Shown: positions 45,460 to 53,320 of the stretch, in pieces
Layout: every line of letters begins with the position of its first letter
Position numbering within the stretch: position 1 is the first letter of the stretch
From: a virus
Taxonomy: Duplodnaviria > Heunggongvirae > Uroviricota > Caudoviricetes > Herelleviridae
DNA length: 64,000 nt
Virus record (IMG/VR): IMGVR_UViG_3300027628_000013
Direction: 5' to 3' (one strand)
Position numbers and translations under genes: made by a program
Notes under the pieces: model-generated
Databases searched by the model: none
What the model was told of the DNA's origin: nothing
The model's input: only the letters and a program-made list of their open reading frames with translations

Positions 45460-47061
45460 ATGGTAGTAGTGGAGATAGGTAATTTATACACAACGGTTGT
45501 AGGTCTCAAGGATACAGTAGCCATTTTCAACCTAGAAAATGCCCTCTCAGTAGATACTCCAGGTGCTAGTTTCAGTGCTAGCTACCGTGCTGGTATGTGG
45601 GATGGTAAAACTAAGTTTGCAAGAAAATCTAAGGGCGGTATCAAGTTTCCTACAGGTCTACTAACTAATGCTATGAAATCTCTTAAGATGAGGGGCATTA
45701 AGTACGAACTAGTAGACATTCGTACAGAAATGGAAGTAACCGTACCTAGTGAGATTAAGCTGGCTGACCCTAAGCTTGGACATATCACTTTACGTGACTA
45801 TCAACAGGAAGCAGTAGAGAAATCCTTAAAGGCAACTAGGGGAGTAGTTAATGTTGCTACTAACGGTGGGAAGACAGAGATTGCTTGTGGTATTATGAAA
45901 ATCGTTAGGAACTCTCTAGGCGAAGGTCAGAGGATAGTATTTTTCACTCATTCCAAAGAAATCTTCAAACAGTCTGTCAAAAGACTAGAAAAACGCCTAG
46001 GACAGAAGGTGGGGGTGATTGGGAATGGTAAATGGGAGGAAGAACAGATAACTGTTGTCATGATACCAACCATTACTCAGTATCTTAAAGAGCCTAAGCA
46101 ACCTAAGAAAACTAAGAAGATGACGGATTATGATAAAGCCCTCAAAAACTATCAGACACGTATCCGAAACGGAGAAACCGATTTAAAAGAAGAAGCGAAG
46201 CAAGTCAGACTAGAGTTTGCTGAATACAAGGCAGAACAGTTAGAGAAGGCTATGGAGAAGCACAAGATGACTAAGAAGTTCCTAAAATCAGTAGTGTGTT
46301 TCATAGCGGATGAGTGCCACCATGCTAGCTCAGATACTTGGTATAAGCTGTTCATGGAGCTGGATAATGCTTACTTTAGATTCGGTCTAACTGGTACTGT
46401 AGATGAAGACCAGCCTATCAACCTTATGAGACTATTTGGTTCTACTGGTCGTATCACCAAGAAGGTGTCCAATGCGTTCTTAATAGAGCACGGTTACTCT
46501 GCAAAGCCTACAATCAATATGATTTCTTACAAAGCACCTTCGATTGTATCTTCTTATGATGTTGCCAGGTATGACGGTATCATCTGTAATGAACACCGCA
46601 ACCACGCTTTCCTACACTATATACAGGAGGAGAGAAAACAGGGGAACCAGTGTTTAATTATTGTGAATGAAACTGAGCATGGTGATATTGTGGGTAAGAT
46701 GTTGAGTGACAGTAAGATTGACCATAAGTTCACACATGGTGACAGAGCTGATAAGTTTCGTGAGAAGGTGTTAGAAGATTTTAGTGAGGGTAAGATTCAC
46801 ACACTAATAGCTACTTCTGTACTGGATGAAGGTGTTGACATCTCTAACATTGATGCTATATTCTTAATGTCAGGTGGTAAGTCAATGAGGATGGCACTAC
46901 AGCGTATAGGTCGTGGTCTTCGTAAGAAGGATGATGGTAGAGGGGTTAACATCTACGATGGACTGGATTATCATAATGATTACTTAGCTGACCACACTAT
47001 GGAACGTTATAACGTGTATAAGGAAGAGCAGTTTGAAATCAAAAAGGTAGGAGTGAAGTAG
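45460..47061 (+). CDS. Superfamily-2 DNA helicase (DEAD/DEAH-box, UvsW/RecG-like)
   Basis: Walker A VATNGGKTEIA, DEAH-like box FIADECHHASSD, helicase C motifs LIATSVLDEGVDI and QRIGRGLR. Start reset to the ATG at 45460. Confidence 0.7.
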   Translation: MVVVEIGNLYTTVVGLKDTVAIFNLENALSVDTPGASFSASYRAGMWDGKTKFARKSKGGIKFPTGLLTNAMKSLKMRGIKYELVDIRTEMEVTVPSEIKLADPKLGHITLRDYQQEAVEKSLKATRGVVNVATNGGKTEIACGIMKIVRNSLGEGQRIVFFTHSKEIFKQSVKRLEKRLGQKVGVIGNGKWEEEQITVVMIPTITQYLKEPKQPKKTKKMTDYDKALKNYQTRIRNGETDLKEEAKQVRLEFAEYKAEQLEKAMEKHKMTKKFLKSVVCFIADECHHASSDTWYKLFMELDNAYFRFGLTGTVDEDQPINLMRLFGSTGRITKKVSNAFLIEHGYSAKPTINMISYKAPSIVSSYDVARYDGIICNEHRNHAFLHYIQEERKQGNQCLIIVNETEHGDIVGKMLSDSKIDHKFTHGDRADKFREKVLEDFSEGKIHTLIATSVLDEGVDISNIDAIFLMSGGKSMRMALQRIGRGLRKKDDGRGVNIYDGLDYHNDYLADHTMERYNVYKEEQFEIKKVGVK

Positions 47062-47105
47062 TTAAAACTGTAGGGAGCCTAGTGGTTTCCTACCCTTTAT
47101 TTTAT

Positions 47106-47142
47106 AAAAAGAGTATTTAAATATATTAAAAATACTCTTTTT
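47106..47142. repeat. Perfect 13-bp-stem AT-rich hairpin (AAAAAGAGTATTT / AAATACTCTTTTT) in the intergenic region
   Basis: Seen directly in sequence. It is symmetric, so it could function in either orientation. Confidence 0.5.
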
Positions 47143-47183
47143 TAAAAACTTAAAAAAGAATTTTTAAAATTAAGTATTAATTA

Positions 47184-47210
47184 TTTTTCTCTTACTTCGT
47201 AAGAGAAAAA
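47184..47210 (+). promoter_or_regulatory. Perfect 12-bp-stem hairpin TTTTTCTCTTAC-TTC-GTAAGAGAAAAA; same architecture and centre as 1800-1826
   Basis: Seen directly. It is followed by a third small hairpin, GGGACTATCGTCCC. Confidence 0.4.
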
Positions 47211-47251
47211 GGGACTATCGTCCCGAACAGATTCCATTGGAGGGTATCTGA

Positions 47252-48025
47252 ATGGTAGAGAGAAAACCAATTAAGATTGAACGAGTTCCTATTAAGTTAC
47301 CTACAGATATAAAGATGAAGCTGAGACTATACGAGAAACAGGAAGAAACTAGGGATGAAGATATCTTGGAGATGATTGACCACTACAATATGCTTATGGC
47401 AAAAGCTACCAACAAGACAGGTTTCACTATTGTCTCTATGAGAAATCCTAAGAAGAGTAAGCAGTACATTCACTTTGAACGTGTATTTGAAGTATGTAGA
47501 ATGAAAGGGTGGGACTTAAAGTTATATATTGAAGCACAGTTTGACAGAACTAGGGGGTGGACTAACATGAAATACCCATTACCTAGCACTCTGTATTCTT
47601 TGAATGCCTTTAGGCATTTCACTAACTACATCTCAACTCTAAAGCAAACCTATGAGAAGGACGTGGGAGGACACAAGAAACAAAAAGGAAGCGTGACGAA
47701 ATCCCTAAAGCAACAGGTAATAGATGGTATTGTCAATACAGCAGAAATGCTGGATATGTATGTCTCTAAGAGTAGTATGGAGGACAAGGAACAGTACAAG
47801 GCTATGAGGATATTTCAATCTTGGGGAGAGTATTCACCCTTCTATCTATGGTCAGTGCCTTGGTTTCACGAGGTGTTAAAAGAATTACCGGATGGAAAGA
47901 AGGTAGAGGAATGTAGGAGAGAGTTTGAAAGAATAGGTACATCCAAAAACATACAGAGATTAATTGAGATTACAGTAGAACAGGTAGAGAAACATTTCAA
48001 TTTGCCACCCAATGTTAAAATTTAA
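47252..48025 (+). CDS. Hypothetical protein (257 aa) between two helicase genes; possible replication accessory or helicase-loader
   Basis: RBS GGAGGG. The functional suggestion is positional only. Confidence 0.45.
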   Translation: MVERKPIKIERVPIKLPTDIKMKLRLYEKQEETRDEDILEMIDHYNMLMAKATNKTGFTIVSMRNPKKSKQYIHFERVFEVCRMKGWDLKLYIEAQFDRTRGWTNMKYPLPSTLYSLNAFRHFTNYISTLKQTYEKDVGGHKKQKGSVTKSLKQQVIDGIVNTAEMLDMYVSKSSMEDKEQYKAMRIFQSWGEYSPFYLWSVPWFHEVLKELPDGKKVEECRREFERIGTSKNIQRLIEITVEQVEKHFNLPPNVKI

Positions 48026-48098
48026 TAGAAGGGAGAGGACTTTGACCTGCTCGACTTAAATTAGTGTGAAAGCTGATTTGAGGGGGCAGGTATATTTT

Positions 48099-49433
48099 AT
48101 GTCTACAGTGTATGAATTTTCAGAACCATTCCAACTTAAGATACTAGCAATTATGGCTAGGGAACCAGCAACATTTGTATCTTACCAAGAGGTATTCAAA
48201 CCTCAGTATTTCAAGAAAGATGTGCATATTGAAACTGCACGTATGATTATAGACCACTACGAAAGGGAGATGGAACGAGCTAAGTTAAAGAGTACTAGTA
48301 TTGAACCTCCTACTGTTGAGGTATTCTTTGAAGAAATTCGTAAGCTCACTAAGAAGAACAAGAAAAAGTATGAGCTACGTGACCAGTATCATGATGCTGT
48401 CATTGGTATTATGGAGGAAGAGTTAACAGACCGTGAGTACATTAAAGAGAACATTGTACAATTCGGTAGGGAGCAGGCTATGAAACTGGCTATTCTTGAG
48501 TCTGCTGATGACCTAGAGAAAGGGACAGAAGACTACAGCAGGATAGAAGAGCGTATATCTGAAGCTATTCGTGTTGGTGAGGATATGTCTGACTTGGGTA
48601 CAGACTACTTTGAAGAAGTAGATGAACGTGCAGACCAATATGAGTCAGGTGAAGACGGAGTACGTAGGATTCCTACAGGCATGTCAGGATTAGACCTAGC
48701 TCTAAAAGGTGGTCTAGGTGATGGCGAACTAGGAGTAGTTATCGCTCCCCCTAACCGTGGTAAATCCTTTGCATTAACGAACATAGGAGCAGGGGCAGTA
48801 CTAGAAGGTTTTAATGTTGTTCACTACACACTAGAGATGCCTGAGAGACAGGTGGCTAAACGTTATGACCAACGTATGACTAAGAGGGACTTCCATTTCT
48901 TACAGAACAATAAGAGTAAGTTCGCTGAGACTATCAAGAATATCTCTAAGTTTAAGAAAGGTAAGTTGGTTATTAAGAAATATGCAACTAACATGTGTAA
49001 TATCAACACTATCCGTTCTCATTTAACTAGGCTTAAGATGGAGAAAGGGTTTACACCTGACGTCATTATCATTGACTATGGTGACTTAATACAACCAAGA
49101 CGTTCTTACTCAGATAAACGTTTTGAGCTAGAATCAATCTACTTAGATATGCGTGATTTGGGTGATGAGTACCAATGCCCTGTTTGGACTGCATCACAGG
49201 CAAACCGTGGAGCTTTGGATAAGAAAGTTATAACGATTGCTGACCTAGCTGAAGCATTCAACAAAGCTAACATTGCTGACTTCATGGTAGCCCTATGTCA
49301 AACTGTAGAAGAGAAAGAAGACGGTGAGATTAGATGGCATATAGCTAAGTTCCGTGATGGTGAAGCTAATATCACACTAGATGGAGACATTGACTACCCT
49401 ACAGCCACAATGAATGTGTTTGCTAGGGATTAG
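48099..49433 (+). CDS. DnaB-like replicative helicase (RecA-fold)
   Basis: Walker A GVVIAPPNRGKSFALTN, then an IIIDYGDLI Walker B-like motif. Start reset to the ATG at 48099. Confidence 0.55.
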   Translation: MSTVYEFSEPFQLKILAIMAREPATFVSYQEVFKPQYFKKDVHIETARMIIDHYEREMERAKLKSTSIEPPTVEVFFEEIRKLTKKNKKKYELRDQYHDAVIGIMEEELTDREYIKENIVQFGREQAMKLAILESADDLEKGTEDYSRIEERISEAIRVGEDMSDLGTDYFEEVDERADQYESGEDGVRRIPTGMSGLDLALKGGLGDGELGVVIAPPNRGKSFALTNIGAGAVLEGFNVVHYTLEMPERQVAKRYDQRMTKRDFHFLQNNKSKFAETIKNISKFKKGKLVIKKYATNMCNINTIRSHLTRLKMEKGFTPDVIIIDYGDLIQPRRSYSDKRFELESIYLDMRDLGDEYQCPVWTASQANRGALDKKVITIADLAEAFNKANIADFMVALCQTVEEKEDGEIRWHIAKFRDGEANITLDGDIDYPTATMNVFARD

Positions 49434-49444
49434 GGGGAGCTAGA

Positions 49445-49630
49445 ATGAAGACACTAGTTGAATATATTAAGCGTAGATTCAGAAAGCATAATTATGTTCC
49501 ATTTGCAAAATCAGCTACCTATGGATTGTGGTACAAGTGTGGGAAATGTGGGGATGAGACCTACATCCCCTATGATTGGCTATTCAGAGTGAGAATGGAG
49601 AACAGGAAAGGGTGTAAAGGACATGAGTGA
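49445..49630 (+). CDS. Small zinc-ribbon protein (61 aa)
   Basis: CGKCGDE ... CKGHE. Confidence 0.4.
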   Translation: MKTLVEYIKRRFRKHNYVPFAKSATYGLWYKCGKCGDETYIPYDWLFRVRMENRKGCKGHE

Positions 49631-50201
49631 AACTAGAGACATTTGTCCTGAATGCTTACGCAGAGGACATAAAGCAGAGGTATTTGTGGGACGTGAACTA
49701 TGCAGATGTCTACGCTGTCTCAGGGATGTAGAACCAGTGGAGGAGACAATTCCCCCTCCACCTTCTTCTTTTAAAGGGAAGGGGCGGATGATTACCTGTA
49801 CTATACATGGCAGGAAGCCCCTAGAAGAAGCTGATGAAAATCTACTAGCTGTTGGTAAACGTAAAGGACAAACTTATCTTGACTTAGGGTGGACACACGA
49901 CTCAGGATTAGCCCCTAGTAGTGATTTGGTAACCTTTACCAAGGAACATAACCGAAAAGGGCACAAAGATGGTTGGTTTGAACGTTACACTGAAAGGCTT
50001 TTGGAAGAGTGGTCAGTTAGAGAAGATTCTAAGAAGTCTCTAGGGAGATTGCTCAAGTGGTTGAAGGCAGGAAAGACAGTTGCAGTAGCTTGCTATTGTG
50101 ATTCAGCTAAGAGAGAGTTCTGTCACCTGAGCATACTAAGGGACATAGTAGAGGATATGGGCTTTGAGGTAGAGGAAGCACAACCAATAAAGTATAGGTG
50201 A
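49623..50201 (+). CDS. Zinc-ribbon + DUF488-like domain protein
   Basis: N-terminal CPEC...CRCLRC. The C-terminal VAVACYCDSAKREFCHLSIL resembles the DUF488 C..C..CHR motif. Confidence 0.4.
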   Translation: MSETRDICPECLRRGHKAEVFVGRELCRCLRCLRDVEPVEETIPPPPSSFKGKGRMITCTIHGRKPLEEADENLLAVGKRKGQTYLDLGWTHDSGLAPSSDLVTFTKEHNRKGHKDGWFERYTERLLEEWSVREDSKKSLGRLLKWLKAGKTVAVACYCDSAKREFCHLSILRDIVEDMGFEVEEAQPIKYR

Positions 50202-50209
50202 GGTGAATC

Positions 50210-50320
50210 ATGGAGACTGGAGCAGTAGTATCCATAGCCATATCATGTACCTGTTTTGGTATAATTATTGGTATAGGAATTTGCTCTACAATAGATATGT
50301 ACTTTAAGGGGAGAGGATAA
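50210..50320 (+). CDS. Small hydrophobic Cys-containing peptide (36 aa), not in the ORF track
   Basis: RBS AGGTGAGGTG. The sequence METGAVVSIAISCTCFGIIIGIGICSTIDMYFKGRG is a single TM helix. Confidence 0.35.
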   Translation: METGAVVSIAISCTCFGIIIGIGICSTIDMYFKGRG

Positions 50321-50321
50321 T

Positions 50322-50489
50322 ATGGTTAAGGCAGAATTAAAGGTATCGGGTCATGTGGGTGGTAAGGAACTTATCATAAAATCAGATAGCACTGGGTGGG
50401 TGACTTTAACCATTGGTAGTGAGTCTATAAAAGTCAAGGGCGATGAAACAGCTACAGCAATTAGAATAGCAGGGAGTGTTGGTTTATGA
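50322..50489 (+). CDS. Small protein (55 aa), not in the ORF track; ATGA overlap with the SbcD start
   Basis: RBS GGAGAGGA. The sequence MVKAELKVSGHVGGKELIIKSDSTGWVTLTIGSESIKVKGDETATAIRIAGSVGL. Confidence 0.35.
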   Translation: MVKAELKVSGHVGGKELIIKSDSTGWVTLTIGSESIKVKGDETATAIRIAGSVGL

Positions 50490-51577
50490 AGATAGCAGTG
50501 TTTGGGGACTTACACAGCCACAATTACGCACAATTTGATAAGCATGGTGAGGAGACACCCTCCCAACGCTTAGACAACATTATTAAAACATTAAGAGTCA
50601 TTCGTCAATACTGCAAGGACAATAATATCAGAAATGTACTATTTGCTGGGGATATGTTTGATGTGCGCTTGAAGGTTAACACTTTCGTACACAATGCTAC
50701 TTACGATGAGATGAAGCGATTCAGTGACGATGGTATCAAGGTATTAGCTATTCCTGGTAACCATGACCAAGTAGATAACTCTGATGTACCACAACATTCA
50801 CTTCATGTATTCAATGATATTCCTAACATGAAGGTTGTCTCAGACCTAGGAGTAGAGTGGATAGAAGACGATAATGGCTGTCAGGTTCCTGTCGTATGTG
50901 CTCCCTATAGTAAGAACACTAACCGAACTAAGAAGTATCTAAAAGACATTACGACTTCTAATATTGAGTCACCTATACTATTAGCTCACTTAGGAATTAA
51001 TGGAGCATTTGTAGGTAGTGGTGATTATCCTATGGCTGATGCGTTTACACCTGAGGACTTACAACCTGACTTCTTCCAGTATATAGTTCTTGGACACTTC
51101 CATCGTAAGCAATTTATTGGGGGATATAAGCACGCATTATATACAGGGGCTCCAATACAGCATAGCTTTGGAGATGAAGGTGAAGAGAAGGGCTTTATTT
51201 TAATTGACACCGACAAACGTTACCATGTAGAGTTCGTAGCAATTCCTAATCCTAAGTTTGTCACAATTGATGGAGACTACATTAAGGATTTAGGATACGG
51301 AAAGCTACAGGATTTAGCAGACAACGGTGACTATGTACGTGCTCAACTTAAAGAAGATGAAGTACAAGCGTTCGTATCACATGCTCCACTAAACCTACAA
51401 TACAAGATAGAGCTGATTAAGACGTATGAAGCTCAGTCTAGGTCAGAGGTTAAGATGGGTATGGGATTCTCCGAAATCATTACCAAGTATGCTAAAGAGA
51501 ATGTACCTGAGGGCATGGATTTAGAAAGCTTGACTAAGAAGGGTCTAGAGATACTAGATAAAGTTCAGGAGGGCTAA
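50486..51577 (+). CDS. sbcD: SbcD/Mre11-like nuclease (calcineurin-like phosphoesterase)
   Basis: Motifs GDLHS, GDMFD, GNHD and GHFH appear in the canonical order. Confidence 0.75.
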   Translation: MKIAVFGDLHSHNYAQFDKHGEETPSQRLDNIIKTLRVIRQYCKDNNIRNVLFAGDMFDVRLKVNTFVHNATYDEMKRFSDDGIKVLAIPGNHDQVDNSDVPQHSLHVFNDIPNMKVVSDLGVEWIEDDNGCQVPVVCAPYSKNTNRTKKYLKDITTSNIESPILLAHLGINGAFVGSGDYPMADAFTPEDLQPDFFQYIVLGHFHRKQFIGGYKHALYTGAPIQHSFGDEGEEKGFILIDTDKRYHVEFVAIPNPKFVTIDGDYIKDLGYGKLQDLADNGDYVRAQLKEDEVQAFVSHAPLNLQYKIELIKTYEAQSRSEVKMGMGFSEIITKYAKENVPEGMDLESLTKKGLEILDKVQEG

Positions 51578-51579
51578 AC

Positions 51580-51912
51580 ATGTGTACAAGAGTTCCAGTT
51601 AGTGTGAATCGTAAGCCTGTTACTATGTTTTCTAAGTCAGGGGCATTTCCTTCAGGAGGATGGTTTGTATTCAACGTACCCGATGAACCTGCTCCAGAGT
51701 ATAGAACTAAGAAGACACAAGAGGTGTTATGGTGTCCCTACTGTGGTGAGTGGACTATCTTCCAACAGCGTTTTGATGAACGAGATGTATATGATTGTAA
51801 AGGTTACTGTGGGTGGAGTAACACCAAAGACTTTTATGTACGTACAGCAAATGCCTTATGGAATCAGGGTATAAAGGATGCAGTAGCCAATAGGTACCGG
51901 AAGTATAAATAG
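51580..51912 (+). CDS. Small Cys-rich (zinc-binding?) protein
   Basis: CPYCGEW ... CKGYCGW. Confidence 0.4.
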   Translation: MCTRVPVSVNRKPVTMFSKSGAFPSGGWFVFNVPDEPAPEYRTKKTQEVLWCPYCGEWTIFQQRFDERDVYDCKGYCGWSNTKDFYVRTANALWNQGIKDAVANRYRKYK

Positions 51913-51958
51913 TGAAAAGTTAGACCTCTTATCATTTTATTTGGTAGGAGGTGTTTTC

Positions 51959-52201
51959 ATGAGAATCTTACATCAGAATAAGAAGAGGGTAAAGCTGGAA
52001 GTATCACCTGAGGAACTATTGCTGGTACGACAAGCCCTCTTAAAAGAGCGTAATTATAGGAGTCGCACATGGAAAGGTTTATCAGCTAAGTACCCTGAGG
52101 AACTCTTGTACCACGCTTTCATGGATGACTCATGTAAACGTATGGTCGGTGTAGTATCTAAGGGAATTGAGCAGTTTAAGAATTGGGGAATACTAAAGTA
52201 A
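51959..52201 (+). CDS. Hypothetical protein (80 aa)
   Basis: Start reset to the ATG at 51959 behind RBS GGAGG. Confidence 0.4.
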   Translation: MRILHQNKKRVKLEVSPEELLLVRQALLKERNYRSRTWKGLSAKYPEELLYHAFMDDSCKRMVGVVSKGIEQFKNWGILK

Positions 52202-52207
52202 TACTCT

Positions 52208-52243
52208 AGACTCGGAGAGAACTTCTTCGAGTCTGTTTTATTT
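52208..52243 (+). terminator. Rho-independent terminator (AGACTCG...CGAGTCT + GTTTTATTT)
   Basis: 7-bp stem with a T-run. Confidence 0.5.
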
Positions 52244-52265
52244 AATTCGAGAGGGGGAGGAAGCA

Positions 52266-52568
52266 ATGATAACCGTAGACTTCAAAGGAACAACATATGA
52301 GTTTACACCCCACAACGTAGACCTGACAGAACAGGCAGGTAAGCCTTGTAGGATTACTCACATCATTAAAGGGTTTGAAGAAGACCTAGCACTCATTATT
52401 CAACGTAGAGCTGGTAAGGATTTAGACTTCTTCTTTGGTTTAATGGTTGACCTAGGTAACATAGGTATGGTACACGGCTTTGAGGATGACGAGACTAACC
52501 AAGAAGCTACAGAGCTTGTGTTCTATGCTCTTGAAAATGACATTATTATGTGGGAGGAAATAGGATGA
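52266..52568 (+). CDS. Hypothetical protein (100 aa)
   Basis: RBS GGGGGAGG. Confidence 0.45.
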   Translation: MITVDFKGTTYEFTPHNVDLTEQAGKPCRITHIIKGFEEDLALIIQRRAGKDLDFFFGLMVDLGNIGMVHGFEDDETNQEATELVFYALENDIIMWEEIG

Positions 52569-52804
52569 ATATAGTTGATATCATTGTAAACGCTGACATA
52601 GGTGAAAGATTTAGAATGTCCGAACCTGCAATAGGAGAAAACAGTGAAGCATACAAAAAATGGTTAGGCTTAACTGTTGAGAAGGTTCTAGGCGGAGCAA
52701 TCATAGTGGTTGACCCTAGTGGAGTAAAGCAATATGCTACAGGAGACTTCCTTAACCTATCAGGTATGGTAGTAGACTCTGAGTGGGAAAAGGTTGTGGA
52801 ATAA
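52565..52804 (+). CDS. Hypothetical protein (79 aa); ATGA overlap
   Basis: RBS GGGAGGAAA. Confidence 0.4.
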   Translation: MNIVDIIVNADIGERFRMSEPAIGENSEAYKKWLGLTVEKVLGGAIIVVDPSGVKQYATGDFLNLSGMVVDSEWEKVVE

Positions 52805-52844
52805 CGGAGGTTATACTCGCAGTATTCTTTAGGAGGTGATTGGT

Positions 52845-53036
52845 GTGTTCATAGTAGTTTGGTACACCGACTCAGGTAATGGTCATTTACTGTACTCAGG
52901 AGGAAACAAGATTATAGCGGATGCTACATTTGGGGCTTTTCAAACTGGGTACATGACGGTTGAGTATCAGGAATGGGATGATGAAGGTATGTTAGTCCAT
53001 TATAAATATAGAGGAGCTGGTCACTGTGAAGATTGA
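52845..53036 (+). CDS. Hypothetical small protein, GTG start
   Basis: RBS AGGAGG lies 8 nt upstream of the in-frame GTG. Confidence 0.35.
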   Translation: MFIVVWYTDSGNGHLLYSGGNKIIADATFGAFQTGYMTVEYQEWDDEGMLVHYKYRGAGHCED

Positions 53037-53319
53037 TATCTATACACAAACAGCATTCGAGAATATTAAGTACCATATTGAGAAGGACAATGGAATTCAC
53101 CTACCTGAGAAAAACCACTGGGATATTAAGAGCAATGTTCAACTAGCCAAAGACAAACTAACTACAGCACACCAAAGACTATTAGATGAGCAGGGTATAT
53201 ACAGATTCAATGAAGCACGCATATGGTGTAGAGACCGTAGAAAAGATGATGCAGAACTAATGCTTATGTTTGATAAGCTCAGCCTATATAAGCCAATGAG
53301 TGTTAGAGGGAGAGGATAA
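53026..53319 (+). CDS. Hypothetical protein (97 aa)
   Basis: GTG start, overlapping the preceding gene. Confidence 0.35.
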   Translation: MKIDIYTQTAFENIKYHIEKDNGIHLPEKNHWDIKSNVQLAKDKLTTAHQRLLDEQGIYRFNEARIWCRDRRKDDAELMLMFDKLSLYKPMSVRGRG

Positions 53320-53320
53320 G

